Virus record (IMG/VR): IMGVR_UViG_3300032332_001372
Location: 1 to 62,269 of that record
Direction: 5' to 3' (one strand)
Length of the DNA stretch: 62,269 bases
Source: a virus
Lineage: Duplodnaviria > Caudoviricetes
Part shown: one piece after another, positions 25,835 through 35,384 of the stretch
Position numbering within the stretch: position 1 is the stretch's first letter
Layout: the number at the start of each line of letters is the position of its first letter
Position numbers and translations under genes: made by a program
Notes under the pieces: model-generated
Told to the model about the DNA's origin: nothing
The model's input: only the letters and a program-made list of their open reading frames with translations
Databases searched by the model: none

Positions 25835-26152
25835 ATGGCTGCAACACCTACAGTTCTTAACCGCTCGGCGGCATCTTTAACTACAACCACGGTCCTTTAT
25901 ACGGTCCCATCTTCAACAATTGCCATTGTTTCTAACATTGCTGTTGTAAACACATCAGGCTCAGCGGGAACATTCACTCTTGCCATGGGTCCAGCGGCAG
26001 GTCAGATTGCAATTGCAACAACTGTTGCTATTGCTGCAAACTCGACTGTCTATATTGATTTAAAGCAAGTTCTTGTAGCCACAAATACGATTACAGGTGG
26101 CGCATCTGCTACTTCAATCAACTTCCACATTAGCGGAGTGGAGATTGTTTAA
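25835..26152 (+). CDS. Putative structural protein (paralog of 25065)
   Basis: VLYTVPSST..VSNIAVVN...SGVEI. Confidence 0.75.
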   Translation: MAATPTVLNRSAASLTTTTVLYTVPSSTIAIVSNIAVVNTSGSAGTFTLAMGPAAGQIAIATTVAIAANSTVYIDLKQVLVATNTITGGASATSINFHISGVEIV

Positions 26153-26859
26153 TGGCTTCCAATACTTTTCCACAACCAGCAGTTGGTCGTAATGCTGTTG
26201 CAACTTTAAATTCCACTTATCTTTCTTCAACAAACTTTACTGTCCCTACTGGAGTTACCGAAATTTATTACCTTGCAGTTGGCGGTGGAGGCGGCGGAGC
26301 AGGAGGAAATGCTGGCGACCCTGGTAACAATTACGGTGCAAATGGCGGCGGCGGTGGTAGTGGAGTAGTTACTCAAGGAGTAATTAATGGACTTCAACCT
26401 GGAGTTACCTATCCAATTGTTATTGGTGCTGGCGGTGGCTCAAACGGTAACGGTGGTTCTACTCGTTTTGGTAATCAAATTCTTTCATTGGGTGGGAATA
26501 CTGGAAATAATGGAAACTGTTGTCAGCAAGCAGGTGGTCCTGGTGGCGGTCAATCTCTGGGTGGCGGAAGTCCTAGTGGCGGCGGCTCTTTAGGAGTTCC
26601 AGGTGCAGGAAACCCACTTCCTACCTTTAATGTGCCTCCTGGCGGTGGCGGCGGCGGCGGCGGCTCTGGCGGCTCAGCGGGAACAGGTCCTTCTACTGCT
26701 GGAAACGGCGGTAACAACGGCGGACCAGGCAACCCAACGGCGGGAAATGCAGGCACTCGCGGCGGCGGCGGCGGAGGCGGCGGGTCGGGCGGACTTAATG
26801 GCAGCGGCGGCGGTGGCGGTGGCACGGGCGGCAGCGGCGTTCTTTATCTTTATTACTAA
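26152..26859 (+). CDS. Glycine-rich fibre/receptor-binding-type protein
   Basis: FTVPTGVT...AVGGGGGG...GGSGVLYLYY. Confidence 0.75.
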   Translation: MASNTFPQPAVGRNAVATLNSTYLSSTNFTVPTGVTEIYYLAVGGGGGGAGGNAGDPGNNYGANGGGGGSGVVTQGVINGLQPGVTYPIVIGAGGGSNGNGGSTRFGNQILSLGGNTGNNGNCCQQAGGPGGGQSLGGGSPSGGGSLGVPGAGNPLPTFNVPPGGGGGGGGSGGSAGTGPSTAGNGGNNGGPGNPTAGNAGTRGGGGGGGGSGGLNGSGGGGGGTGGSGVLYLYY

Positions 26860-26872
26860 CAAGGAGATTTAA

Positions 26873-27715
26873 ATGGGAATTCAACAGGTGCCTGCTGCTT
26901 CAACTAGCAGCGTCCCTACTTTAAGAACCGCCTATACATCTTCAGGTTCTACTGCTGTAGGAAATATTGTTGCTTGGTTTATGGCAGTAGGCGGCGGCGG
27001 TGGTGGCGGCGGCGGCGGAGCGGGAAATACAAACGGTGGTTCTGGCGGCGGAGGCGGCGGCGGAGGAGCAACCTCTTTTGGTCTTTACTGGGTAGTAACT
27101 TCACCTATAACTTTAACAATTGGTGCTGGTGGGACTGCTGGGACTGCTGGCGGTGCGGGCGGTGCTGGTGGCGCAACCACAATTACATTCCCTAACTTAA
27201 CCCTTACAGTCAATGGTGGCTCTGCTGGAGCGCTTGGCGGAGTAAACGCCAACGGCGGAGCAGGTGGTGCTGGTGCATCAACAGGCGGAGGTGGCGGAGG
27301 TGGAGGCGGAGGCGGCGCGGGTGCTTTTGGCATTGGCGGCGGCGCGGGTGGCGGCGGCGGTCTTGGTCTTATTGGTAGCATTGGTGCTGGCGGTCAATCA
27401 GGTAACTCTGGCGGAGCAGCAGGCGCGGCAGGCGGAGCAAACTGGTTTGGCTCTACAGGCGGCGGTGGCGGCGGAGGTGGTGGTGCGGGTTCAGGCTCGG
27501 GAACTGCTGGAGCAGCGGCAAACGGCGGCGCAGGAACATGGAATAGTGCTGGAAACGGCGGCGCAGGCGGCGCTCCAAACGGAGCGGGCGTAACAGGCTC
27601 AGCGGCAACTGGATATGGAAATGGAGGCGGCGGTGGAGGCGGAGGCGGCTCAACATCAGGTGCAGCATCAACAGGTGGAGCAGGTTCAACGGGTGCAGTC
27701 CTTATCTACTGGTAA
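26873..27715 (+). CDS. Glycine-rich fibre/receptor-binding-type protein
   Basis: AVGGGGGG...GAVLIYW. Confidence 0.75.
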   Translation: MGIQQVPAASTSSVPTLRTAYTSSGSTAVGNIVAWFMAVGGGGGGGGGGAGNTNGGSGGGGGGGGATSFGLYWVVTSPITLTIGAGGTAGTAGGAGGAGGATTITFPNLTLTVNGGSAGALGGVNANGGAGGAGASTGGGGGGGGGGGAGAFGIGGGAGGGGGLGLIGSIGAGGQSGNSGGAAGAAGGANWFGSTGGGGGGGGGAGSGSGTAGAAANGGAGTWNSAGNGGAGGAPNGAGVTGSAATGYGNGGGGGGGGGSTSGAASTGGAGSTGAVLIYW

Positions 27716-27911
27716 AAAACCTAATCCAGAAGATTTAGATTACAAACTTTACGCAGTAGTTAAAGATAATATTGTCTTAGGTTCTACCTGGGAAATACCA
27801 GAAGTAAAAGAAGATGGACTTGAATTTGTCTTAATGACATTTGATAATTCACCTGCTTTTACTGGCGGGACCTATAAAAACGGAAAATTTTACCAAGAAA
27901 AGGAGCAATAA
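27693..27911 (+). CDS. Small accessory/chaperone-like protein (probable GTG start 27693)
   Basis: YAVVKDNIV...GGTYKNGKF; resembles next ORF. Confidence 0.55.
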   Translation: MQSLSTGKKPNPEDLDYKLYAVVKDNIVLGSTWEIPEVKEDGLEFVLMTFDNSPAFTGGTYKNGKFYQEKEQ

Positions 27912-28133
27912 ATGGCAACATTTGCAATTATAAAAGATGGAATCGTAGATAACATTATTGCGGCTGATTCATTAGAAGATGCTCAATCTGTTACTGGCGA
28001 AGGTTTTGAGGCTATTGAATACACAGCCGAAAATGGAGCGCACATAGGTTTATCTTACGATAAAACAACAGGACTATTTGAACAAAATATACCTGCTGAT
28101 GAACCACTTGTAGACCCAGTTTACCCAAAATAA
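27912..28133 (+). CDS. Small accessory/chaperone-like protein
   Basis: MATFAIIKDGIVDNII...IGLSYD..F. Confidence 0.7.
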   Translation: MATFAIIKDGIVDNIIAADSLEDAQSVTGEGFEAIEYTAENGAHIGLSYDKTTGLFEQNIPADEPLVDPVYPK

Positions 28134-28156
28134 TTAATTAGTGTTATTATTTTTGC

Positions 28157-28864
28157 ATGAGCAAAAAAATAAACATTAAATTTGTAAATGAAATGGGGCT
28201 GGATTTCCTTTACCCTCCAGCCCCTACTTCAAAAATGCTCCCTGAGTGGTATAAAAAAACTCAACCCTACATAGATGGTTTAAAAGTTCCTGTTTATGAT
28301 GTTAATTCAACTACAAACGCAACAATTAAAAGATGTTTGCCAGTCTTTGATATTTTAACTGCTGGATATTTTATATTAACTCCTGCTGACATTTATGTTA
28401 GCCATGAGGAAAATTCAGACATTCCATTTTATAGATGGGCGGGTGGCGAAGGAATTGGTTTTCACCCAGTAATACAAGCAGAATTGCATCCACAACAAAA
28501 TGGGTTCCCATATCCTAAATGGATAAATAAATGGATTATTAAAACCGAACCTGGTTACTCTGCTTTAATTCTTTCTCCAGTTCACAGAGATTTACCTTTT
28601 GAAACTTTGCCTGGATTGGTTGATACTGATAATTATTACGGCTCAATTAATTTCCCCTTTATTTTAAAGGACCCAAAATGGCAAGGTTTAATACCAGCAG
28701 GAACTCCAATTGCTCAAATTGTTCCTTTTAAAAGAGAATCTTATGAAATGTCAATTGCTCCATTGGAGTCAAAAGAACATCAAAAAACAATGAAAATGCT
28801 GACTTTTCATTTTGCCGATGTTTACAGAAAATTTTTTTGGGCTAAGAAAAAAGAATATAACTGA
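28157..28864 (+). CDS. Hypothetical protein, dUTPase-like beta-clip family (paralog of 51585 and 52347)
   Basis: KRCLPVFD, PGLVDTD, AGTPIAQIVPFKR. Confidence 0.7.
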   Translation: MSKKINIKFVNEMGLDFLYPPAPTSKMLPEWYKKTQPYIDGLKVPVYDVNSTTNATIKRCLPVFDILTAGYFILTPADIYVSHEENSDIPFYRWAGGEGIGFHPVIQAELHPQQNGFPYPKWINKWIIKTEPGYSALILSPVHRDLPFETLPGLVDTDNYYGSINFPFILKDPKWQGLIPAGTPIAQIVPFKRESYEMSIAPLESKEHQKTMKMLTFHFADVYRKFFWAKKKEYN

Positions 28865-28910
28865 CCAAAAAGCCATCGGGTATACTGAAGCCTTCTAGGT
28901 AGGAGTTCAC

Positions 28911-29177
28911 ATGGCAGGCACAACCACCAAAGGTTTTAGATACCCAACCGCAAGCGATGCTCCAGCGGTTCACACGGCTATCTTTAACTTAGCAACCGAT
29001 GTTGATACCAAATTTGATTCTTATTTAACCTCGGTTTTAATTTCATCTACATATTTAACTCAATCTAATGCCGCTGCCACTTATTTAACTCAATCTTCGT
29101 ATACATCCTTGGCGGCTACTGCCAAACGCAATGCAGAGGATTACGCCACGGTTTCTTCATTTTTGGTAATGTCATAA
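28911..29177 (+). CDS. Putative structural protein
   Basis: MAGTTTKGFRYP; TYLTQS repeats; own promoter and RBS. Confidence 0.7.
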   Translation: MAGTTTKGFRYPTASDAPAVHTAIFNLATDVDTKFDSYLTSVLISSTYLTQSNAAATYLTQSSYTSLAATAKRNAEDYATVSSFLVMS

Positions 29178-29624
29178 ATGACTTTTACATATTCTGGCGA
29201 CCCAACTACCTCGGTTCGAAACCGAGTTCGTTTTCTTTTAAATGACACTCTTTTATCTGACCCATTGTTTACTGACGAAGAACTTGATTATCTTATTACC
29301 GAGTGGGGAACAGATGTTTATGAAATCTGTCGCGCAGGTGCAGAAACACTCTCCTCTAAATTTACCCGCCTTGCGGATTCAACTTCAAAATCAGTAGGGG
29401 ATTTATCTGTATCTCTTTCATACAGCGCAAAGGCTTCTCAATACCAAGAACTTGCTGCGTCATTTCTTGCTCGCCGTATGCGCAAATCCCCTCCCACACC
29501 ATGGGCTAATGCAGATAATCTTAATAACTCTGTAGACCGAGTAGTGGACAATTACAATACAGAGTTTTGGGTTGGTCAGTTTGATAACCCAAATAACATC
29601 CTTGACAAACGCATAGTTGAATAG
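29178..29624 (+). CDS. Head-tail adaptor/connector
   Basis: RVRFLLNDT..PLFTDEEL, SVGDLSVS; position. Confidence 0.7.
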   Translation: MTFTYSGDPTTSVRNRVRFLLNDTLLSDPLFTDEELDYLITEWGTDVYEICRAGAETLSSKFTRLADSTSKSVGDLSVSLSYSAKASQYQELAASFLARRMRKSPPTPWANADNLNNSVDRVVDNYNTEFWVGQFDNPNNILDKRIVE

Positions 29625-29635
29625 GGGGAGCAGAT

Positions 29636-29965
29636 ATGACTGCTCAAATTTATTCATTGCTTTCTGACCTCATGGTGGATACAGCAACCTTTTCTCCTAA
29701 AAGCACGGTAGATAAATACAACAAACCAACTTTTGGGTCTGGCACCACGGTCACGGGTCGTTTTATGAACCATGAAACAAAGACCAGAGATGCCAATGGC
29801 GTTGAAGTAATAGAATTGGGTAAGTTTATTTGTTACGGTCCTCAGACCACATTAACCGTAAGCCATAAAATGGTTGTTGGCTCAATTACTTATACGATTA
29901 ACGATATTTCTAACATTTCAGACGAGAACGGTGTGCATCACACAGTCATTTCATTTGGGCGATAG
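29636..29965 (+). CDS. Head closure/stopper protein
   Basis: Size, DKYNKP motif and neck synteny. Confidence 0.6.
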   Translation: MTAQIYSLLSDLMVDTATFSPKSTVDKYNKPTFGSGTTVTGRFMNHETKTRDANGVEVIELGKFICYGPQTTLTVSHKMVVGSITYTINDISNISDENGVHHTVISFGR

Positions 29966-29967
29966 TA

Positions 29968-30369
29968 ATGGCTACCTATTCTTTTACCTTAGATGGCGCC
30001 GAGGAACTTAAAAAAATGCTCATTGCTGGAGGAGAAGGCTCTGGTAAAGCGGCGGGTCAGGCTATCTGGGAAGAAGCAAATAAAATCTTTGCTAAATCTC
30101 AGGTTTTAGTGCCAGTTGATACGGGTGTTCTTCGCGGGTCGGGCGGAGTTTCCGCCCCTCAATCTGATAGCAAAGATTTATATGTAGATATTTTTTACGG
30201 TGGTCCAGCAGCCCCTTACGCTTTATTAGTTCACGAAATCCAAGGCAATTATCATAATCCGCCCACACAGGCTAAATATCTTGAACAACCCTTTATGGAA
30301 GCCTTACCAAGTATCCAACAAAATATGGCGGCTAGAATTAAGGACCTATTATCAAGGAGTGCTAAATAA
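29968..30369 (+). CDS. HK97 gp10-like tail completion protein
   Basis: VPVDTGVLRGS, YALLVHE, AKYLE. Confidence 0.8.
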   Translation: MATYSFTLDGAEELKKMLIAGGEGSGKAAGQAIWEEANKIFAKSQVLVPVDTGVLRGSGGVSAPQSDSKDLYVDIFYGGPAAPYALLVHEIQGNYHNPPTQAKYLEQPFMEALPSIQQNMAARIKDLLSRSAK

Positions 30370-30770
30370 TGGCTACAATTTTAGAATCAATCGGTGATTA
30401 TTTAGTCACAAATTCATACGGCACCCTTGGCACAAATATTTTTCTTCAAGTTATGCCTGAAACCCCAGATGCCTGTATTGCCGTATATGAAAATTCAGGC
30501 TCATCTCCTGCCTTTACCATGGGAACTGGGGGAATTGTTATTGATTATCCTATGATTCAAATTGTTGCCCGCGCTGCCCGCGAAGATTATCCAACCGCTA
30601 GAGATGTTGCAGAGAATATCCGCAACTTGCTTGCTTCGGTAACTAATGTCACCATTTCATCAATAAATATTATGCGTATCGAGCCAATGGGTTCTGTGAA
30701 TTTTATTGGTGTCGATAACAAATATCGCCCCTTAGTGTCGGTAAACTATCGATGCCTAGTGAGGAAGTAA
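30369..30770 (+). CDS. Tail terminator (minor capsid family)
   Basis: GTNIF..MPETPD, P.IQIVAR; synteny. Confidence 0.7.
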   Translation: MATILESIGDYLVTNSYGTLGTNIFLQVMPETPDACIAVYENSGSSPAFTMGTGGIVIDYPMIQIVARAAREDYPTARDVAENIRNLLASVTNVTISSINIMRIEPMGSVNFIGVDNKYRPLVSVNYRCLVRK

Positions 30771-30772
30771 CC

Positions 30773-30940
30773 GTGGAGCCACAGGCTCCCTTGGAGAAAG
30801 TGGCAGACCCTTATGGAAGAAATGCAACAACAGACGAGTTCCAACGATGCTGGAAATGCGACAGGCTCCTCTTCGAAGCGGCGTCCCGCCCGTGGAGCAT
30901 CCGTTGCCCCAGATGCAAGTCAAAAAATAAATCAGGATAA
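30773..30940 (+). CDS. Mu Com-like zinc-ribbon protein (probable GTG start 30773)
   Basis: RCWKCDRLLFEA...IRCPRCK. Confidence 0.65.
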   Translation: MEPQAPLEKVADPYGRNATTDEFQRCWKCDRLLFEAASRPWSIRCPRCKSKNKSG

Positions 30941-31196
30941 TTTTCTTTTAGAGTTGGATTCTCTTGTGGGGCAAGGCAAAATTCAAAAAGGTTGTTCTGT
31001 TGGCGCATTAACAAACACCATGGAAGAACCAATGAAATCAAAGTTTAAAGCCGCTTTAATTAATCCAAATGTGCAGTCCGCTAGGCTTGCAGAACTTCTA
31101 GCGCAATATGACATTACGATAGGCTCTGATGTTATGCGCAGACACAGAAGAAGGCTGATGGGCAAAGATGGATGCAGGTGTCCGCTTGAGCCTTGA
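30813..31196 (+). CDS. Hypothetical small DNA-binding-like protein (true start probably downstream)
   Basis: GCSVG...MRRHRRR...CRC; precedes phosphoesterase. Confidence 0.55.
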   Translation: MEEMQQQTSSNDAGNATGSSSKRRPARGASVAPDASQKINQDNFLLELDSLVGQGKIQKGCSVGALTNTMEEPMKSKFKAALINPNVQSARLAELLAQYDITIGSDVMRRHRRRLMGKDGCRCPLEP

Positions 31197-32382
31197 TGAT
31201 GCAATTGATAATCTTTTAAAAACTACTGAAAACCAAACCACTCAAGTAGTTGAATCGCGTAAACGCAGCGCTGATTGGACACCAGGAGTTTCTTGGGATG
31301 GTGTAGAAGGTTTAGTTACAACCGAACCAATGAAAGGGGATACGCACCCTGATTGGTCGGGAGTTTTGCGTATGTGGGGTTTGGACCCTGAAAATTTTGC
31401 AGTTGTTGAACCCGTCCTGTTTAATGTATGGGGCGACCCTTTGGGCGTATTGAACCGCCAATGGAAAGGGAAAGTTGTTCGCAAGGGCGCAAAAGAACGC
31501 GCCGATATAGACCATTTGATTAAAGATATAAGAAAACATAAGCCTCGCGCTAAAAAAGAAATTACAGGGAAGGCTAGTTTAGTGGTATGTGCCGCGGACT
31601 GGCAGACTGGTAAACGCGATGGCGACGGACTTAAAGGTTTGGTGGGGCGCTGGCTCCAGGCAATTGATGATGTTGAAACGCGATACAAAGAACTCAAAAA
31701 AATGGGACGCCCAATTGATTCAATTACAGTCCTTTGCCTTGGAGATTTAGTTGAAGGTTGCGATGGACATTACGACATTCAGACATTTACAGTTGAAGTA
31801 GACCGCCGCGACCAGGTAAAAATTGCTCGCCGTTTATTGCGCGATGCCCTTATTCGCTGGTCAAAGTTTGCCCCTGAAATCACCGTTGCCGTAATTGGCG
31901 GCAACCATGGCGAAAATCGTAAAAACGGAAAAGCCTTTACAACCCTCAATGATAACGATGATGTAGCCCTGGTTGAATCAGTAGCCGAAATTTTTGCTGC
32001 TAACCCTGAAGCCTATGGTCATGTTCGCTTTGTTATTCCTAAAGAAGAGTTAAGCCTAACCGTAGAAGTATGCGGAAAAATTATTGGAATAACCCACGGT
32101 CACCTCGCTCGCTCGGGACAGGGAGTTGAGAGCAAGTTACGCCGATGGATTGCTGACCAAACTCTCGGGCGGCAGTCCATCGGTGATTGCGACATTTTAG
32201 TGTCGGGTCACTATCATTCACTTAAATTGGCAGACTGGGGCGGAGTCAAATGGATTCAAGCCCCAGCACTAGATGGCGGGAGCGTATGGTGGCGACAATC
32301 AACGGGCGAGATTGCGGATGTGGGAGTTCTGACATTCATGGTATCGGAAGCAGGGATGAGCGACCTGCAACTACTACGATGA
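31168..32382 (+). CDS. Calcineurin-like metallophosphoesterase (Mre11/SbcD-like fold)
   Basis: ADWQ, LGDLVEG, GNHGE, THGH, GHYH. Confidence 0.85.
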   Translation: MDAGVRLSLDDAIDNLLKTTENQTTQVVESRKRSADWTPGVSWDGVEGLVTTEPMKGDTHPDWSGVLRMWGLDPENFAVVEPVLFNVWGDPLGVLNRQWKGKVVRKGAKERADIDHLIKDIRKHKPRAKKEITGKASLVVCAADWQTGKRDGDGLKGLVGRWLQAIDDVETRYKELKKMGRPIDSITVLCLGDLVEGCDGHYDIQTFTVEVDRRDQVKIARRLLRDALIRWSKFAPEITVAVIGGNHGENRKNGKAFTTLNDNDDVALVESVAEIFAANPEAYGHVRFVIPKEELSLTVEVCGKIIGITHGHLARSGQGVESKLRRWIADQTLGRQSIGDCDILVSGHYHSLKLADWGGVKWIQAPALDGGSVWWRQSTGEIADVGVLTFMVSEAGMSDLQLLR

Positions 32383-32660
32383 ACGACCCACGCGACATAG
32401 CCGCATATGCGGCAGAATTGGTGTCTGGAGAGCGCCAGGAGGCTTACGGGCATCCACTTGATAACTTTGGTAGGGCAGCCCAGATTTGGTCCGTCATACT
32501 CGATACAGAGGTCACTCCAGAGCAAGTAGCGCTGTGCATGGTTGGCATGAAGATTGCCCGCGAAGCGCATCAGACTAAGCCCGATACGGTGGTTGATGGA
32601 ATTGGATATTTCTTAACTCTTGCCATGATTAGAGAAGAACGCGCCCGAAGAGAGGGTTGA
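32379..32660 (+). CDS. DUF6378-like protein
   Basis: ERQEAYGHP..NF...W...VALCM..MKIAR...D..VDGIGY; ATGA overlap. Confidence 0.75.
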   Translation: MNDPRDIAAYAAELVSGERQEAYGHPLDNFGRAAQIWSVILDTEVTPEQVALCMVGMKIAREAHQTKPDTVVDGIGYFLTLAMIREERARREG

Positions 32661-32709
32661 TTATTTAACTGGGGTTTGGTATGCTGTCCTTGTAAGAAAG
32701 GGGATAGAA

Positions 32710-33129
32710 ATGGCAAAGCCAGTTGAAAGTTCAAAGCCTTGCTTTAAATGCGGGCGCCAGGTTGTCAAGTGTGAGTCCAAAAGCGGCAAATTTTATATTG
32801 CCAGCATTGAAATTGTCAGCAGCCGTTTTGCTGATTACACAGATGGCGGTAAGGCTATCTACCCAGTTCACGAATGTGACGAGCGCGAAATTGTTAAATA
32901 CCAAGAAATTATAAAATCCCAGTTAGAAAATGGCGCAATAGTTAAAGGGCAAAAAGTTGTGGTTGTTAAAGGTCGCAAAGTTGCTAAGGGAACTGAAGGA
33001 GAAATCTTTTGGCTTGGCTACGAAACCTGGAACGGCGAATCCATTTTGAAGCGAGTTGGAATTGTTGTTGAATCAGGGGAAAAGTTCTTTGTTAGTTCAG
33101 ATTATGTTGTAGCAAAGGTTTCGGTCTGA
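32710..33129 (+). CDS. Hypothetical protein (zinc ribbon plus KOW/SH3-like C-terminus) with own early-type promoter
   Basis: CFKCG; VVVKGRKVAKGTEGEIFW. Confidence 0.75.
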   Translation: MAKPVESSKPCFKCGRQVVKCESKSGKFYIASIEIVSSRFADYTDGGKAIYPVHECDEREIVKYQEIIKSQLENGAIVKGQKVVVVKGRKVAKGTEGEIFWLGYETWNGESILKRVGIVVESGEKFFVSSDYVVAKVSV

Positions 33130-33144
33130 TAAGTTATTTCTTGT

Positions 33145-33185
33145 AAAAGCCCTTGGATGACGGGGAAGCGTCCGAGGGTTTTTTC
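33145..33185. terminator. Probable bidirectional terminator between convergent genes
   Basis: AAAA, cccttggatg/cgtccgaggg stem, TTTTTT. Confidence 0.65.
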
Positions 33186-33190
33186 ATGCC

Positions 33191-33817
33191 TTAATCGGTA
33201 TCGTTATGTTCTTTATTAACAATTTGCGAACCAGGGCAAAAAAAAGCATAGTTTTTTTCGGGAAAAGAAAAACCGTTTTTTATAAATACAGAAGTGCATT
33301 TGTCAAAATATTCTTCAAACCGAATACCCCAAAACGGGATTTCTGTATAACCCTGGTTATAAATATATTGGCATTGATTTGGAAACCATTCAGAGTTATC
33401 AACAATAATAATGTTGGGTTTTCCTTTAGCCATAAGATTTTTTGTCTGTTTTAACCTATTTCCATCGCTATCAATAAAAACTATAGTTTTTTCATTTATG
33501 GCAATGCTGTAATTGCCTGCATTTAAATCTTCTTCCGAAACAAATTTCAAAGTAACATTTGTATTGTTATAAACGGGGGTTAGATTTTCATAATAATCAA
33601 CATTGGTTTCTAAAGAAACATAAGTTTTTGTTTTTTTAGAAAAATAATGCGTAGAACCACCTGCGCCTAGTTCAAGCATATTAAATTCTGAGAAATCGTA
33701 AGAATCAAACCAATCTAAAAACGGTAAAGAAACCATAGGGTATATGCCTTCAGTCCACATACCTTTTAACTGCAATGAAGCCAAAATGCTTTTAATTTTT
33801 ATTTCTTTTTCGTTCAC
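33191..33817 (-). CDS. Class I SAM-dependent methyltransferase-like protein, AT-rich (probable GTG start 33817)
   Basis: MLELGAGGST, VFIDSDG.R, IIVDN. Confidence 0.65.
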   Translation of the reverse strand: MNEKEIKIKSILASLQLKGMWTEGIYPMVSLPFLDWFDSYDFSEFNMLELGAGGSTHYFSKKTKTYVSLETNVDYYENLTPVYNNTNVTLKFVSEEDLNAGNYSIAINEKTIVFIDSDGNRLKQTKNLMAKGKPNIIIVDNSEWFPNQCQYIYNQGYTEIPFWGIRFEEYFDKCTSVFIKNGFSFPEKNYAFFCPGSQIVNKEHNDTD

Positions 33818-33970
33818 ATTTCCCCCTAGTTTGAAGGATAGCCGAAATCCCATGCTGATACACTTTCACTACTGTGCGCTAGTCGCCCCATCTTTATCGT
33901 TTGCCTTCGTGTCCAAGTGACCTAAACGGTTACTTGGGGCTACCCATATGCCGTTACGAAGGAGATTTAG

Positions 33971-34234
33971 ATGGCAAGTTATAGAGTTTTAAAGGGTATT
34001 GATTACCCACCTAATAAGCGGGCTGAAGAAGGTCAGATAGTTAGCGACCTAGCACCCACATCAATCTCATGGCTCCTTGAAATTGGCGCTATTGAAGATG
34101 CAAGCAAGCCAGCAAAAAAAATTGATGAGCCAAAAGTGGAAACACCAAAAGTCGAAGAAGTAATTGAAACTCCTGTTGTTGAGGAAACTCCAGCAGTTGA
34201 AAAAACCCCTGCCCCAGAAGATGAGGAAATCTAA
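33971..34234 (+). CDS. Hypothetical tail-region protein
   Basis: RBS; acidic tail. Confidence 0.7.
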   Translation: MASYRVLKGIDYPPNKRAEEGQIVSDLAPTSISWLLEIGAIEDASKPAKKIDEPKVETPKVEEVIETPVVEETPAVEKTPAPEDEEI

Positions 34235-34965
34235 TGCCTACATTTCGCCACGGTAAAAACATTGCAGTATTCGTAGATGAATACGATTTTTCAACATATT
34301 TTACAGATTTAACGGCAGCAGACAAAATAGATACTGCTGATATTACAGCGTTTGGCGCTACTGGTAAGGCATACATTGTTGGAAACCAAGATGGAACAGT
34401 TAGCCTTTCAGGATTCTTTGAGTCCACAGCATCAACTGGAACTGACCAGTATTTTTCTGGAGTAAAGGGAAGCACAACAAAACAAAAATTAATTGTTGCC
34501 CTTGAGGGACACTCACTAGGAACCCGCGCAATCATGCTTCAGGCTGACGCTAGTTCATATCAAGTAAGCGCTTCAGTTGGAGATGCAATCAAAACTTCAG
34601 CAGAATTTCAGGCTTCAGAAAGCGTGGACCATGGTGCAATTCTTTCATCAGGTTCAGCAATCTCTTCAACAGGCAATGGAACAGGTGTTGATAACGGAGC
34701 GGCTTCAACCAACGGCGGAGTTGCTTTTATTTCAGTTCCAACAAATACAAGAAACGGCACAATAATTGCAAAAGTTCAGTCATCTGCGGATAACTCAACA
34801 TTTGCAGATTTAGTTACATTTGCAACCGTTTCTTCTACTACAAAAACATCAGAAAGAATTCTTGTTGCTGCTGGAACAGCAGTTCCAAGATACCTACGAG
34901 TGTCCTATACAGTCGCAGGTTCAACAGGTTCAGCCACACCAACCGTGGCTTTCGCTAGGAGGTAA
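34234..34965 (+). CDS. Tail tube-like protein with C-terminal extra beta domain
   Basis: MPTFRHGK, ADITAFG...YIVG..DGTVSLSG. Confidence 0.7.
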   Translation: MPTFRHGKNIAVFVDEYDFSTYFTDLTAADKIDTADITAFGATGKAYIVGNQDGTVSLSGFFESTASTGTDQYFSGVKGSTTKQKLIVALEGHSLGTRAIMLQADASSYQVSASVGDAIKTSAEFQASESVDHGAILSSGSAISSTGNGTGVDNGAASTNGGVAFISVPTNTRNGTIIAKVQSSADNSTFADLVTFATVSSTTKTSERILVAAGTAVPRYLRVSYTVAGSTGSATPTVAFARR

Positions 34966-34970
34966 TAAAA

Positions 34971-35384
34971 ATGCCAACTTTCCGCCATGGTAAAGCAACG
35001 GTATTCAAGTTAGATAACGCGTCTGCAACACTAACAGACATTTCAAACACACTTACAGATGTGTCATTCCCTGCAAAGGTAGACACGGCTGAGGTAACGG
35101 CTTTCGGCGCGAGCGCGAAGTCATATGTGGTCGGTTTGACCGATGGCACCATTTCAATTTCAGGAACCTTCGATGCAACAGTAGATGCACTATTTGCTGG
35201 CGTAGTTGGTTTTGCAACAGCACTCAACTGGAACTATGGTCCAGAAGGCTCAACGGCTGGTTTTGTCAAATACACAGGCACGGGCTATGTGACTTCATAC
35301 CAGAAGAGCGGCACAGTAGGCGATGTTGTTAAATACAGCGCCGAAATTCAAGTTACTGGCGCAGTAACTCGCACAACTTTCTAA
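34971..35384 (+). CDS. Major tail (tube) protein
   Basis: MPTFRHGK, AEVTAFG..YVVGLTDGTISISG, VGDVVKYSAEIQVTG. Confidence 0.8.
   Translation: MPTFRHGKATVFKLDNASATLTDISNTLTDVSFPAKVDTAEVTAFGASAKSYVVGLTDGTISISGTFDATVDALFAGVVGFATALNWNYGPEGSTAGFVKYTGTGYVTSYQKSGTVGDVVKYSAEIQVTGAVTRTTF

Noticed and set aside
26387-27689. Poly-Pro, poly-Ala and poly-Arg ORFs and GGC repeats
   Set aside because: Alternative-frame and antisense readings of glycine codon runs; not separate genes or a repeat array
33349-33358. Operator-like AACCCTGGTT
   Set aside because: Inside the methyltransferase-like coding region with no downstream RBS; may be chance
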